From the IMG/VR virus record IMGVR_UViG_2744054962_000001: DNA of 64,000 nucleotides; one strand, given 5' to 3'. Below, piece by piece: positions 49,073-57,551 of the stretch (positions are counted from its first letter, which is position 1; every line of letters begins with the position of its first letter). The position numbers and the translations under genes are program-made. This DNA comes from a virus (lineage: Duplodnaviria > Heunggongvirae > Uroviricota > Caudoviricetes). A model generated the notes under the pieces. It saw only the letters and a program-made list of their open reading frames with translations. It searched no databases and was not told the DNA's origin.

Positions 49073-49486
49073 ATGGCAAGAGGTATGTATGTCTTATGCG
49101 AAATTGAAGGTGTGCTGGCAAATGCCAGCCATCGTAAATCAGTATCTGACGCGGATGCAGGCCAGCTCATTGCCGGTGATGAACTCATTTTCCCCACCAG
49201 CCGTATGTTGCGTGGTTTTGCTCGCTCAGGGGCTGAAGTGGTGCTTATCAGTAGCCGCTCTGAAACTCTTGAAGCGCCAACTAAACGATGGCTGAAAGAT
49301 TTTGGCGTTGATTATGACTGGCTTCATCTCGTACCGAATGGCACCAGTTATGAGAAGCATATTAAGCGCACATTAGCGGAGCATAAAGGCGATCTGCTTA
49401 TCGCTGCGCTGGTGCACGATCCTCGACTCCGTGCCGCTTTAGCCGACTCTCACCATCGACCGGTCATCTATGAGGTGAGCAAATGA
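49073..49486 (+). CDS. Hypothetical protein
   Basis: 138-aa ORF translationally coupled between thyA and DHFR. Confidence 0.4.
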   Translation: MARGMYVLCEIEGVLANASHRKSVSDADAGQLIAGDELIFPTSRMLRGFARSGAEVVLISSRSETLEAPTKRWLKDFGVDYDWLHLVPNGTSYEKHIKRTLAEHKGDLLIAALVHDPRLRAALADSHHRPVIYEVSK

Positions 49487-49959
49487 AGATGATCGCTGCT
49501 GTTGGCCGTAACTATGAGATCGGCATAGCGAATGAACTCCCCTGGCGTTGTTCTACCGATCTGAAGCTATTTAAGAGACTCACCAAAAACGCCACTGTCG
49601 TTATGGGGCGTAAAACGATGGAAAGTCTCAAACGCCCTCTTCCAGAGCGTCATAACCTCGTTTTGACGCGCTCTCATGGCTTTGTACCAAATGGATTCTA
49701 TCCTGCTGGTGTGGATGATGTGTTGCGATTACCAGAGCCTGTGTGGGTGATTGGCGGGGAACAAATTTACTCGCTATTCATGCCGCATGTTGAAGAGATT
49801 TGGCTCTCCCACATCGGCGTTGATGTACCAAACGCCGATGCATTCTTCCCGGCAAGCATGATGCGTAACTTAGGCTTTGTGCCTGTTGAAACAGCTTATA
49901 CCCAACGAGCCAGCGAGGAAGAGCCTGGCTTTTCGCAGATCGTATACAGAAGGTCGTAA
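49483..49959 (+). CDS. folA: Dihydrofolate reductase
   Basis: MIAAVGRNYEIG...ELPW...VVMGRKTMESL...VIGGEQIY DHFR signature, 158 aa. Confidence 0.8.
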   Translation: MKMIAAVGRNYEIGIANELPWRCSTDLKLFKRLTKNATVVMGRKTMESLKRPLPERHNLVLTRSHGFVPNGFYPAGVDDVLRLPEPVWVIGGEQIYSLFMPHVEEIWLSHIGVDVPNADAFFPASMMRNLGFVPVETAYTQRASEEEPGFSQIVYRRS

Positions 49960-50603
49960 TGGATTACCGGATTGGGATCACTGGTGCTCAGGGCAGTGGG
50001 AAAACAACCCTGGCTAAATATATCGACAAACATTACGGAATCCCTTACGTGGATGCTGGTGTCGGAAGTTTGATGAGCCGCCTCGGTGTTCGAGTAGGTG
50101 AGTCTATGCCTCTATATGAGCGGCTTCAGATTCAAATGGAAATAGCAAAGCATATAGAGCTACTTACGCGTGGTGTTGAAGGCTTTGTTATCGATCGCAC
50201 ACCTGCTGATGTTATGGCCTACACGTTGGATTTGGTCGGCCATACAAATGAAGATCGGTGTATTGAGTTAGCCCTCGATATCGAAAAGTTTTGCCACAAA
50301 ACTGCTATTTCAAACTTTAACGCCATTGCTGGCTTACGCCCGGGAGTCGCTCTCTCAGAGCGAGATTACTTGCGATCACAACGAGCATCATTAGACCGTC
50401 TGTATGTCGCTCGTATTGATGCGTTGATGTGCGGGGAACTGACAAAAATTCACCTGCATCCGCAAAGGGGAGATCTGCAAACCTTCGTCGTTTCCAACCG
50501 ATATCGCACGGTTGAAGCAAGAGCCAGATCAGTGATGAGAATGCTAGATAACGCTGTAGAAAAGATAGAAAACCGGTTCTGTGGCCGAGTGACCGTTCAT
50601 TAG
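49959..50603 (+). CDS. P-loop nucleotide kinase (dNMP kinase-like)
   Basis: Walker A GAQGSGKTT at N-terminus, 214 aa, within nucleotide-metabolism operon. Confidence 0.45.
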   Translation: MDYRIGITGAQGSGKTTLAKYIDKHYGIPYVDAGVGSLMSRLGVRVGESMPLYERLQIQMEIAKHIELLTRGVEGFVIDRTPADVMAYTLDLVGHTNEDRCIELALDIEKFCHKTAISNFNAIAGLRPGVALSERDYLRSQRASLDRLYVARIDALMCGELTKIHLHPQRGDLQTFVVSNRYRTVEARARSVMRMLDNAVEKIENRFCGRVTVH

Positions 50604-50664
50604 AAATTGTTCGCCTCTTCGACATTGCGACAATAAAACTCTCAAAATGGGTTAAGGATAAAAA

Positions 50665-51084
50665 ATGTTTAGTGAAATGTTGCTTGAAGATGAACTGGAT
50701 CGGAAAACAACAGAGGCTTTGATTCGTGTAGCGGACGAACATTCCCGGTCGCTTATGACCGATCGAGAGGCTCGTCTGGCTATTCGTGCCATATTCGAAA
50801 CTGCGCAGGGGCTTGTTGGCGCACAAGTAGGTGAAGCCATTAACATCGCCATGTCTCAGTTCAGTGAAGACAGTAAAAAGCCTCTGTTTCCTATGCATTT
50901 GATGCTGGCTGGTGGCACGGTGCTTTATATCTCTGTTTGTCTGGATAGCAACCAAATCAATATTCTCAACACTGCGTCAGGTAAGTGGAAAGATCCGATT
51001 GTCTGTGAAACCAGTGAAGAAACTTTGAAAAAAGCGGCTCAATTTGTACGTAGCGCACTACTTAAGGGCGCTAAGAAGTTGTAA
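50665..51084 (+). CDS. Hypothetical protein
   Basis: 139-aa ORF. Confidence 0.4.
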   Translation: MFSEMLLEDELDRKTTEALIRVADEHSRSLMTDREARLAIRAIFETAQGLVGAQVGEAINIAMSQFSEDSKKPLFPMHLMLAGGTVLYISVCLDSNQINILNTASGKWKDPIVCETSEETLKKAAQFVRSALLKGAKKL

Positions 51085-51093
51085 GGAGTTCTG

Positions 51094-51648
51094 ATGACAA
51101 CGATTGTTGCAGGCATCGATATCGAGTCTACGGGACTGGATTTCCTTGCTGGTCATAAAATTATTGAAATCGCAATTACCCGCTATGAACTGGAGACACA
51201 GACAATGGTTGATAGTTTTGTAATGCGGTTCAACCCGCGTCGCAGTATCGATCCGAAAGCGCAAGCGGTACACGGCATCAGTCTTGAAGATTTAGCCGCC
51301 GAGCCGTTACTAGCCGATCACGCTTCATCTGTCGCTTCGTATCTCTCTTCTTCCGATATTTGGATAGCCCACAACGGCGAAGCGTTCGATATTCCGTTTA
51401 TTAGGCATGAGCTGAAAAGTTACGGTTTTTCGCTTCCAGACATCCCATTGATTGACACTCTATTTTCCCTGTGGGCCACAGAAGACGGTAAACGTCCCCG
51501 CCTTGAAGAGTTGGCCTTCTCTCTTGGCTTTATGTACGATCATACTAAAGCACATAGTGCCTTATATGACACAAACTTAATGATGCAATGCTTCTTTAAG
51601 GCACGTAATAAGTACGGATTTTTTAAATTACCCTCTGAAATTGTGTAA
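51094..51648 (+). CDS. DnaQ-like 3-prime to 5-prime exonuclease (DEDDh)
   Basis: Exo I GIDIESTG, Exo II HNGEAFD, Exo III HSALYDT. Confidence 0.7.
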   Translation: MTTIVAGIDIESTGLDFLAGHKIIEIAITRYELETQTMVDSFVMRFNPRRSIDPKAQAVHGISLEDLAAEPLLADHASSVASYLSSSDIWIAHNGEAFDIPFIRHELKSYGFSLPDIPLIDTLFSLWATEDGKRPRLEELAFSLGFMYDHTKAHSALYDTNLMMQCFFKARNKYGFFKLPSEIV

Positions 51649-51652
51649 AACA

Positions 51653-51691
51653 AAAGCCTGCTTTAAAGAGAGTTTAAAGCAGGCTTTCTTT
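51653..51691 (+). terminator. Long hairpin terminator
   Basis: AAAGCCTGCTTTAAA gagag TTTAAAGCAGGCTTT followed by CTTTT. Confidence 0.6.
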
Positions 51692-51808
51692 TAAAGAACA
51701 GCCGCCTTTCAATCATTTCCTGCCTGTATTTAATACTTTTCCGCCTGATAGGTTTAGTCAAAATGTAGCTATCGAAACGCAAATGTAACCAAGCAGAAGG
51801 AGACTTAC

Positions 51809-52618
51809 ATGAGTTCGGTTGAAAATGTAATGGCAAATGATGATCTGGACGAGCTGACAGCCATGTTGCAATCACTTGATGAGCCAGTAAAAAAAGCCGC
51901 ACAGGTTGAAAATACTGATGATATTGACGATCTGCTGCTCGGCCTCGATGCTGGCGTAGCCATGAGTTCTGATGATGTTGCCGAAGAACTGTTCAATGAA
52001 GAAAAAGCAGGTGATTTCAGCTCTGCTTTAAATGAGTTGGAGTTAGCGCATGAGCCTATAAACGTAATTAACGCTGAAAGTGTTGAATCTGCCGAAAACG
52101 AGCCAGAACAATTGGGATTGATTGAGGTTGAAGAGTGTGTTGATGTTAATGATGAATTAAAAGTTCAACAGTCAAATGATAGCAACACAAATAAAAAAGC
52201 GCGTACTGCAAGAGGTCCTCGTTTTACTTTAAGTGATAAAGATGATTCGTTTTTCAATAAAGCAGGCTTAGAAACAGATATTTTCTTAGACGCTTACGAA
52301 AACGCGCCTGTCAAAGCAAAGGATAAGATATTAAACCTTCTTAATTGGTTTAGCGGAGGTCCAGATATTAGTGTTTACACGGTAATTTCCATGAGACACC
52401 TTCTCACAGAAAAGAAGGCTACAAGTAATAGTATTAAGATTGCTTTAATGAGCAATCCAGAAAAACCGTATCCGCTTAACACTGCGTCAACTCAGGCTGG
52501 GCAAATGATGGCTGTATTTCCAGCGACAGGAATTGCCGTTAGAGACGGTGGAAATCTAACATTGAACGAAGAATCACCGATCGTTAAGAAGTTTGTAGCG
52601 GAGTACACTATTGGATGA
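51809..52618 (+). CDS. Hypothetical protein with strongly acidic N-terminal half
   Basis: First 110 aa dominated by Asp/Glu (DDLDELT, DDIDDLLLGLD, DDVAEELFNEE); 269 aa. Confidence 0.45.
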   Translation: MSSVENVMANDDLDELTAMLQSLDEPVKKAAQVENTDDIDDLLLGLDAGVAMSSDDVAEELFNEEKAGDFSSALNELELAHEPINVINAESVESAENEPEQLGLIEVEECVDVNDELKVQQSNDSNTNKKARTARGPRFTLSDKDDSFFNKAGLETDIFLDAYENAPVKAKDKILNLLNWFSGGPDISVYTVISMRHLLTEKKATSNSIKIALMSNPEKPYPLNTASTQAGQMMAVFPATGIAVRDGGNLTLNEESPIVKKFVAEYTIG

Positions 52619-52693
52619 CGTCCCCCTACTGAAAATAAAGCCCATAGAGAGCTTTATAGTGCTGGGTAAGCCAATCACATATCCAGCACCACA

Positions 52694-52740
52694 AAAACGC
52701 GCCAGAGAGCTTCTCGTTTGCATTTCTGGCGCGTTTTATT
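52694..52740 (+). terminator. Hairpin terminator
   Basis: AAAACGCGCCAGA ... TCTGGCGCGTTTT. Confidence 0.5.
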
Positions 52741-52801
52741 TGATTGTCAGACATAAAATCAAATGCAAAAATAGGTAATCACTTACCTATCGAGAAAGAA
52801 G

Positions 52802-53395
52802 ATGATTGCAGCCGAAAAAATCAAACAGCGAAAGCGCGACAACTCTCTTCGTGACCTCTGGAGAACACCTGACTGGCTGTTTTCTGCCATTCAACGTTAT
52901 CTTGGAGTGACATTTGATGTTGACGTTGCCTGCAACAAGGACAATGCGAAGCTGCCTAATTTCATAGGCGTTGAGCGTGATGCTTTGAAATCTGAATGGG
53001 GAAAGCCAGGTACAATTGCCTTCCTCAATCCACCCTACTCCAAAATCTCCCCCTGGATTGATGCGGCTATACGTGAGCAGGCTCGCGGAGTTACAACAGT
53101 GATGCTAATTCCTCAATCCCTCGATACAAAGTGGTATGAGCGTGCAACAGAGTGTGCGAATGAGACGATTATTCTGTCTGGTGGCCGCGTAGCGTTTGTC
53201 GAGCCTGACGTCAATTTGGGTCAGGTAGAAGTAAACATCAACCCCGGTGGCAGTATGCTCGTTGTTTTTCGAGGATTCTGTCAGGACGCTGGGCACTCTA
53301 TAAGCAAGATCCCTTTGGACGTCATGAAAAGTCTGGGAGGGTATGATCCTGCGAATGTGATCAGGAAAAAAAGACCATCAAAGAAGGCTGCTTAG
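52802..53395 (+). CDS. Orphan DNA N6-adenine methyltransferase (phage Dam-like)
   Basis: Catalytic NPPY motif (FLNPPYSK); 197 aa with no adjacent restriction gene. Confidence 0.65.
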   Translation: MIAAEKIKQRKRDNSLRDLWRTPDWLFSAIQRYLGVTFDVDVACNKDNAKLPNFIGVERDALKSEWGKPGTIAFLNPPYSKISPWIDAAIREQARGVTTVMLIPQSLDTKWYERATECANETIILSGGRVAFVEPDVNLGQVEVNINPGGSMLVVFRGFCQDAGHSISKIPLDVMKSLGGYDPANVIRKKRPSKKAA

Positions 53396-53416
53396 TTTGT
53401 TCTGGCGTCTGTAATT

Positions 53417-53480
53417 AGCCTGCTTCTGTATATATAAATAACTACATATTAATTATTAATATACGGAAGCAGGCTGTTTT
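53417..53480. terminator. Long AT-rich hairpin, second copy of the 4255-4316 family
   Basis: AGCCTGCTTCTGTATAT ... ATATACGGAAGCAGGCT with one G-U wobble, followed by GTTTT. Confidence 0.5.
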
Positions 53481-53581
53481 ATATCAGAGACTCCCAGACC
53501 TGAACACCACTACAGAATCCACTAGAACCCCTTCCCAGACGCTTTAAAATCGATTTTATGAACCACTTTAAGGAAACCAAC

Positions 53582-53812
53582 ATGTCATATCCGACTAATG
53601 TCGTTGCGCTCGTAGAGAGCGATTTTCTGGCCCAGGCTCGTGAAATGATGAAAGATCGTGAGCAGGCTTTCAACTTGTACGAATGGGCAATTAAGTGCTT
53701 GCATCTTGGGGAGCATCGCGAACTTGTTGAACAGCTTTTAGGTGAGTTGATCAACGAGGTGTTTGCCTTGAATGTTCAACTACATGGTCGAAAAAATAAT
53801 CAATCGAAATGA
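53582..53812 (+). CDS. Hypothetical protein
   Basis: ATG at 53582 preceded by AAGGAAACCAAC; 76 aa. Confidence 0.4.
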   Translation: MSYPTNVVALVESDFLAQAREMMKDREQAFNLYEWAIKCLHLGEHRELVEQLLGELINEVFALNVQLHGRKNNQSK

Positions 53813-54395
53813 TAGATAAGTACAAACTATTCATAAAGTGAATTGTAAGTGCTAAGATCTGATAGTTTCCAGTCGTAGACTGGAGACTCGACCTGATGGG
53901 TGGGGGTAAGCGTCACTGGCGTCAGGTTTAAAAAAGCTCACTACCAGCGTAGAACCGGTGCCGTTTAGGTGTCGGGGAAGGGGGAACCAAAGTGAGCAGA
54001 GACAAGGGTCACTTTATGATTGTCGAGTCTGGGGTGTTTCGAGAGGTTGAATCCAGTACTCCCCTTCATAAAGTGTGGGAAGATCTCGGTTCTGGGGTGC
54101 TGTCATCCATAACTTCCCAAGTCTAAGCTGGCAGTAGACTTAGACCATAGCTTTTCAGGTTATGAAACGACCAGGTTGGTGAGGAATTTTATACTCACCT
54201 CCCTGGGAGAGTATTACCTGAAAAGACAACCTCTCACTTCGTTCGAGGTGAACTTCACTCACTTCGTTCGTTCAGTTCAGGTTTATAAAAAACCTGTTCT
54301 GGGAAGTAATTTGTTTATTTTAATAATTATTAACACGCACGCGTGTGCGCACGCGCGAGGAAAAAATCGGCGCGGCGCTTGATTCAGGAGTTTAT
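53813..54395. other. ORF-poor structured region (candidate ncRNA or regulatory region) ending in a 25-bp alternating purine-pyrimidine tract
   Basis: No ORF of 60 aa or more on + strand across about 360 bp; multiple local hairpins; direct repeat TCACTTCGTTCG x2; Z-DNA-prone ACACGCACGCGTGTGCGCACGCGCG at 54333-54357. Confidence 0.3.
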
Positions 54396-54989
54396 ATGAC
54401 GACGAAGACACCAGCCCGATCGCAAGCAAAAACTCGCAAAAAAGCCAAAAACAAAAATTCTCCCCGCACCAATCCAACAACGCCTGTCGTAGAGTTCAAT
54501 CCCCAGCTCAAAACCGTGAAAATCTTTAGTGATGGCTCTTGCCTTAAAAATCCGGGTGGCCCGGGCGGTTACGGTATCGTTCTCCAGTATCGTGGTGAGG
54601 AACGCGAGTTCTCAGATGGTTTTCATAGCACCACCAATAACCGCATGGAGATGATGGGCGCACTTATCGGGCTGGAGCGTTTGAAATATCCATGCAACGT
54701 TATTTTGTACTCTGATAGCCAGTATCTGAAAAACGGCATGACACAGTGGATGAAATGGTGGAAACGTAATGGATGGATGACTTCTGATAAAAAACCGGTA
54801 AAGAATGTTGATCTGTGGAAACGTCTGGATGAGGCCGCAAGTCGACATAATGTTCGCTGGAAGTGGGTTAAAGGTCACGCCGGGCATCGTGAAAATGAAA
54901 TATGTGATCGACTCGCGAAGATCGCAGCTTTTTCAGCAGCAGATATGCCTCACAAGAAAGATATTGGTTTTGTTTATAACAAGTGGTAA
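54396..54989 (+). CDS. rnhA: Ribonuclease HI with basic N-terminal extension
   Basis: [49 protein letters not shown] match RNase HI; SD CAGGAG upstream of ATG 54396. Confidence 0.85.
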   Translation: MTTKTPARSQAKTRKKAKNKNSPRTNPTTPVVEFNPQLKTVKIFSDGSCLKNPGGPGGYGIVLQYRGEEREFSDGFHSTTNNRMEMMGALIGLERLKYPCNVILYSDSQYLKNGMTQWMKWWKRNGWMTSDKKPVKNVDLWKRLDEAASRHNVRWKWVKGHAGHRENEICDRLAKIAAFSAADMPHKKDIGFVYNKW

Positions 54990-55134
54990 GTAAGTGTTTA
55001 CCTATCATTTTAAATCATGTATCTTATCAGCGTCAGGATGACAATGTGTCGGTAAGACACAGTTCCAGGATGGAACGAGAAAGGCGGCTGGCAATCGCCA
55101 GCCGCAACTCTTTCTGACACTGGATGGAGTCCAC

Positions 55135-55629
55135 ATGGCACGTCAAACCTATTTCACTTCTGCAACTAAACGTCCTCGTTCTTTACGTCAAATTTTGGCC
55201 GAATTGTTTAGCGGTCGTGTTATGTCACGTCTTGATGAACTAGAGACTACCGTTCGGTTGCTGAATGAACGTTTAGATAATCAAGCGTCAGTTGTTGCGA
55301 ACGTGGGGGCGATTGTTGCCTCTGGTTCTTCACGCGAAGCGAAAAGTACACGGCCTTTAGTGAAGGAGAAAAACAACAAGGACAGTTCGAATGGAAAATT
55401 TTCAAAGAAAGAGGCTGAAACCAATGGCCTACGTTCTCATTATAGTTTCACTGGCGACGGTAGCCGTTCCAGCCGGCCAGAGCCTTTTGATGCCGGGTTC
55501 ATCCATCACCACACCTCCGTCGACGACAATTACCACCACTCCAGTAGAGCGTCCTGTCACTCTGGATGGGATGACGGTGGATGCGATACCTCAAGTTCAT
55601 CCGGTTACTCAGGATCATGCTGTGACTAA
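55135..55629 (+). CDS. Hypothetical protein; 3-prime half overlaps an alternative-frame ORF and may not be translated as called
   Basis: Coiled-coil-like N-terminus then low-complexity Ser/His/Cys-rich tail; overlapping ORF 55391-55642 has a hydrophobic N-terminus. Confidence 0.3.
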   Translation: MARQTYFTSATKRPRSLRQILAELFSGRVMSRLDELETTVRLLNERLDNQASVVANVGAIVASGSSREAKSTRPLVKEKNNKDSSNGKFSKKEAETNGLRSHYSFTGDGSRSSRPEPFDAGFIHHHTSVDDNYHHSSRASCHSGWDDGGCDTSSSSGYSGSCCD

Positions 55630-55638
55630 GGCGGTTGT

Positions 55639-55827
55639 ATGAACTGGTTTTCAAATCACTTTGGAAAAATTTGGCTGGCAATTCTTGCCCTCATGGCCGC
55701 CGGTTGGGTATCGAACATTATAAAACTTGTTTGCTCTGGCGATCTCCAGTTTCAGGCTGGCATGACCTTGGCTCGTGTAGTTGGGATTTTTGTTTTTCCA
55801 GTCGGTTCGGTACTTGGTTATTTCTGA
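55639..55827 (+). CDS. Small membrane protein
   Basis: 62 aa with two hydrophobic helices. Confidence 0.35.
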   Translation: MNWFSNHFGKIWLAILALMAAGWVSNIIKLVCSGDLQFQAGMTLARVVGIFVFPVGSVLGYF

Positions 55828-55920
55828 CGGCTGTTAGTGCATATGCATTGACCATCTTTGCGTAAGCAATTTATGAAACTATAAAACAACTTGTTTTGAC
55901 AAATAACAAAAGGAAAACAC

Positions 55921-56346
55921 ATGTTAGGTTTCTTCAAAAAGAAAACTCGTAAAGCAGTTATCGAAGTCAAAAAAATGGAGAACCGTGATGCGGTTGAGGC
56001 CACCGTGTGGGGCGCGTACATGATCTCCTATGCCGACGGCACATGTGACGCAAAAGAAATTGCCATTCTTGAGAAGACAATTGCAGCTCTGCCTGCGTTT
56101 TCTCCGTTTGCTGGTGAAATTGCCCAAATGAGCGCCAATATCCGTGCTCGTTACGAAGCGTCCCCTCGTTCTGCTAATGCACAGGCTATTCGTGAGCTGT
56201 CTGATATTGCGGGTACTCCAGAGGCGGTCGATGTTCTGTGTCTGTGCCTTGATATTGCCGATCAGGATGGCATTGGTGAACAAGAAGAGCAGGCACTGAA
56301 AAAGATCGCCCAGGCGCTTCAGTTGTCACTGGATGCTTATCTCTAA
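55921..56346 (+). CDS. Hypothetical protein, possibly TerB-like
   Basis: 141 aa, all-helical acidic protein; TerB resemblance is by overall pattern only. Confidence 0.35.
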   Translation: MLGFFKKKTRKAVIEVKKMENRDAVEATVWGAYMISYADGTCDAKEIAILEKTIAALPAFSPFAGEIAQMSANIRARYEASPRSANAQAIRELSDIAGTPEAVDVLCLCLDIADQDGIGEQEEQALKKIAQALQLSLDAYL

Positions 56347-56504
56347 TGCTTGAGAGATTCCGGCTTGTGATCGTCATTGCTCTTCTGGTGATGGCGGTGT
56401 TGGTGGATTTTACGGGAAAGATGATGTCTGTCATTTCTGATGGCGTCCTCATTGGTCTGGCGATCTACTTCGCTTATCCGCTAGTCCGTAAAGCAACGTG
56501 TTAA
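56346..56504 (+). CDS. Small membrane protein (52 aa)
   Basis: ATG overlaps upstream stop (TAATG); two hydrophobic helices; followed by hairpin terminator. Confidence 0.3.
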   Translation: MLERFRLVIVIALLVMAVLVDFTGKMMSVISDGVLIGLAIYFAYPLVRKATC

Positions 56505-56506
56505 TA

Positions 56507-56533
56507 ACAAGGGCCAAATGGCCCTTGTGTTTC
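56507..56533 (+). terminator. Hairpin terminator
   Basis: ACAAGGGCC aaat GGCCCTTGT followed by GTTT. Confidence 0.55.
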
Positions 56534-56643
56534 GTTGACCGAAATAGAGAGTTTGCACCTTTACGTTTAGCTTGCTCCCCTTTTATGCCACATCACAATA
56601 AAGCCAATAAGAAAACAACTTGTTTAAGAATTAGGAAAAACAC

Positions 56644-57213
56644 ATGTGCAAGAAATGCAAAGCGATAGCTGATGAACAAAACGCCTTATTCGAAGAAATG
56701 GATGCTAATGAACTGGTCAAAATGTTAGCCATTCTTCGAGGAATAGAAGACGTTTCCATATTTGAGAGAGTGGTTACAGCACTTAATTTTGAGTCCACCT
56801 TTGAAGAGCCAACTCAGGTTGTAGCTTTAGCACATCATTTCGGTGTTCATTATCTTGCTGAAAAAGAGCGCGCTGATAAGTTGCAGGCGACTTTGGATAT
56901 GGTGAGCGAGACTCAACGAACTGATGACACTAACAAGAGTGAGACGATTATTGCCAGCAAAGATCGTGAAATTGCTGGGCTTAAATCCTCTCTAACGATG
57001 TTGATGTCTGCGTTCAATCTTATGTCTTCTCAGGCGGGTTATAAAATGCCATCACTAAACAGCGATGATCCGATGGCCGTTCGTCAGCTTTTGGGAGCAA
57101 TGGCCGACCAACTCGACGACACAAAGAGTCGCCTTGAAGACATGATGCGTGAGTTAAGCCATCGACATAACCTCGCAACACAACCACACAAAGTCTTTCA
57201 AAGCTCTAATTGA
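56644..57213 (+). CDS. Hypothetical protein
   Basis: 189-aa ORF preceded by AAAACAACTTGTTT motif and GGAAAAACACATG. Confidence 0.45.
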   Translation: MCKKCKAIADEQNALFEEMDANELVKMLAILRGIEDVSIFERVVTALNFESTFEEPTQVVALAHHFGVHYLAEKERADKLQATLDMVSETQRTDDTNKSETIIASKDREIAGLKSSLTMLMSAFNLMSSQAGYKMPSLNSDDPMAVRQLLGAMADQLDDTKSRLEDMMRELSHRHNLATQPHKVFQSSN

Positions 57214-57217
57214 TCTG

Positions 57218-57241
57218 ATATGGCCGCATGATCGGCCATAT
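57218..57241 (+). terminator. Hairpin terminator
   Basis: ATATGGCCG catgat CGGCCATAT. Confidence 0.5.
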
Positions 57242-57267
57242 TGTGTTGATAAAAACAAGGGTGAAAA

Positions 57268-57549
57268 ATGGCATACGGTACAGGGATTTACAACAATAAA
57301 GGAATTAACGTTACTGGCTTCCTTACACCTATTTTTTTTCTTGATCGATTTACGGCGTCATCAGGCTCTAAGACGTACTCTAATCCGCCACCGGGTAAAT
57401 CACTACATGCCGTGTGGTCATTAATGCCTCTTAACAACGACAACTACATCAATTTACCTGTTCCAAATGTTACTATTAATGGAAATACGGTTAGTTGGTC
57501 AAATTTATATACGGGGCTTGGTTCTTACATATACACATACTGGGGATAA
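57268..57549 (+). CDS. Hypothetical protein (AT-rich module, gene 1)
   Basis: 93 aa, Asn/Tyr/Gly-rich; lower GC than neighbours. Confidence 0.4.
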   Translation: MAYGTGIYNNKGINVTGFLTPIFFLDRFTASSGSKTYSNPPPGKSLHAVWSLMPLNNDNYINLPVPNVTINGNTVSWSNLYTGLGSYIYTYWG

Positions 57550-57551
57550 TT

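Noticed and set aside
54176-54480. ORFs 54176-54382 (+) and 54283-54480 (-)
   Set aside because: They overlap the Z-DNA-prone tract and the rnhA leader, and rnhA has a clear SD and ATG at 54396; likely non-coding.
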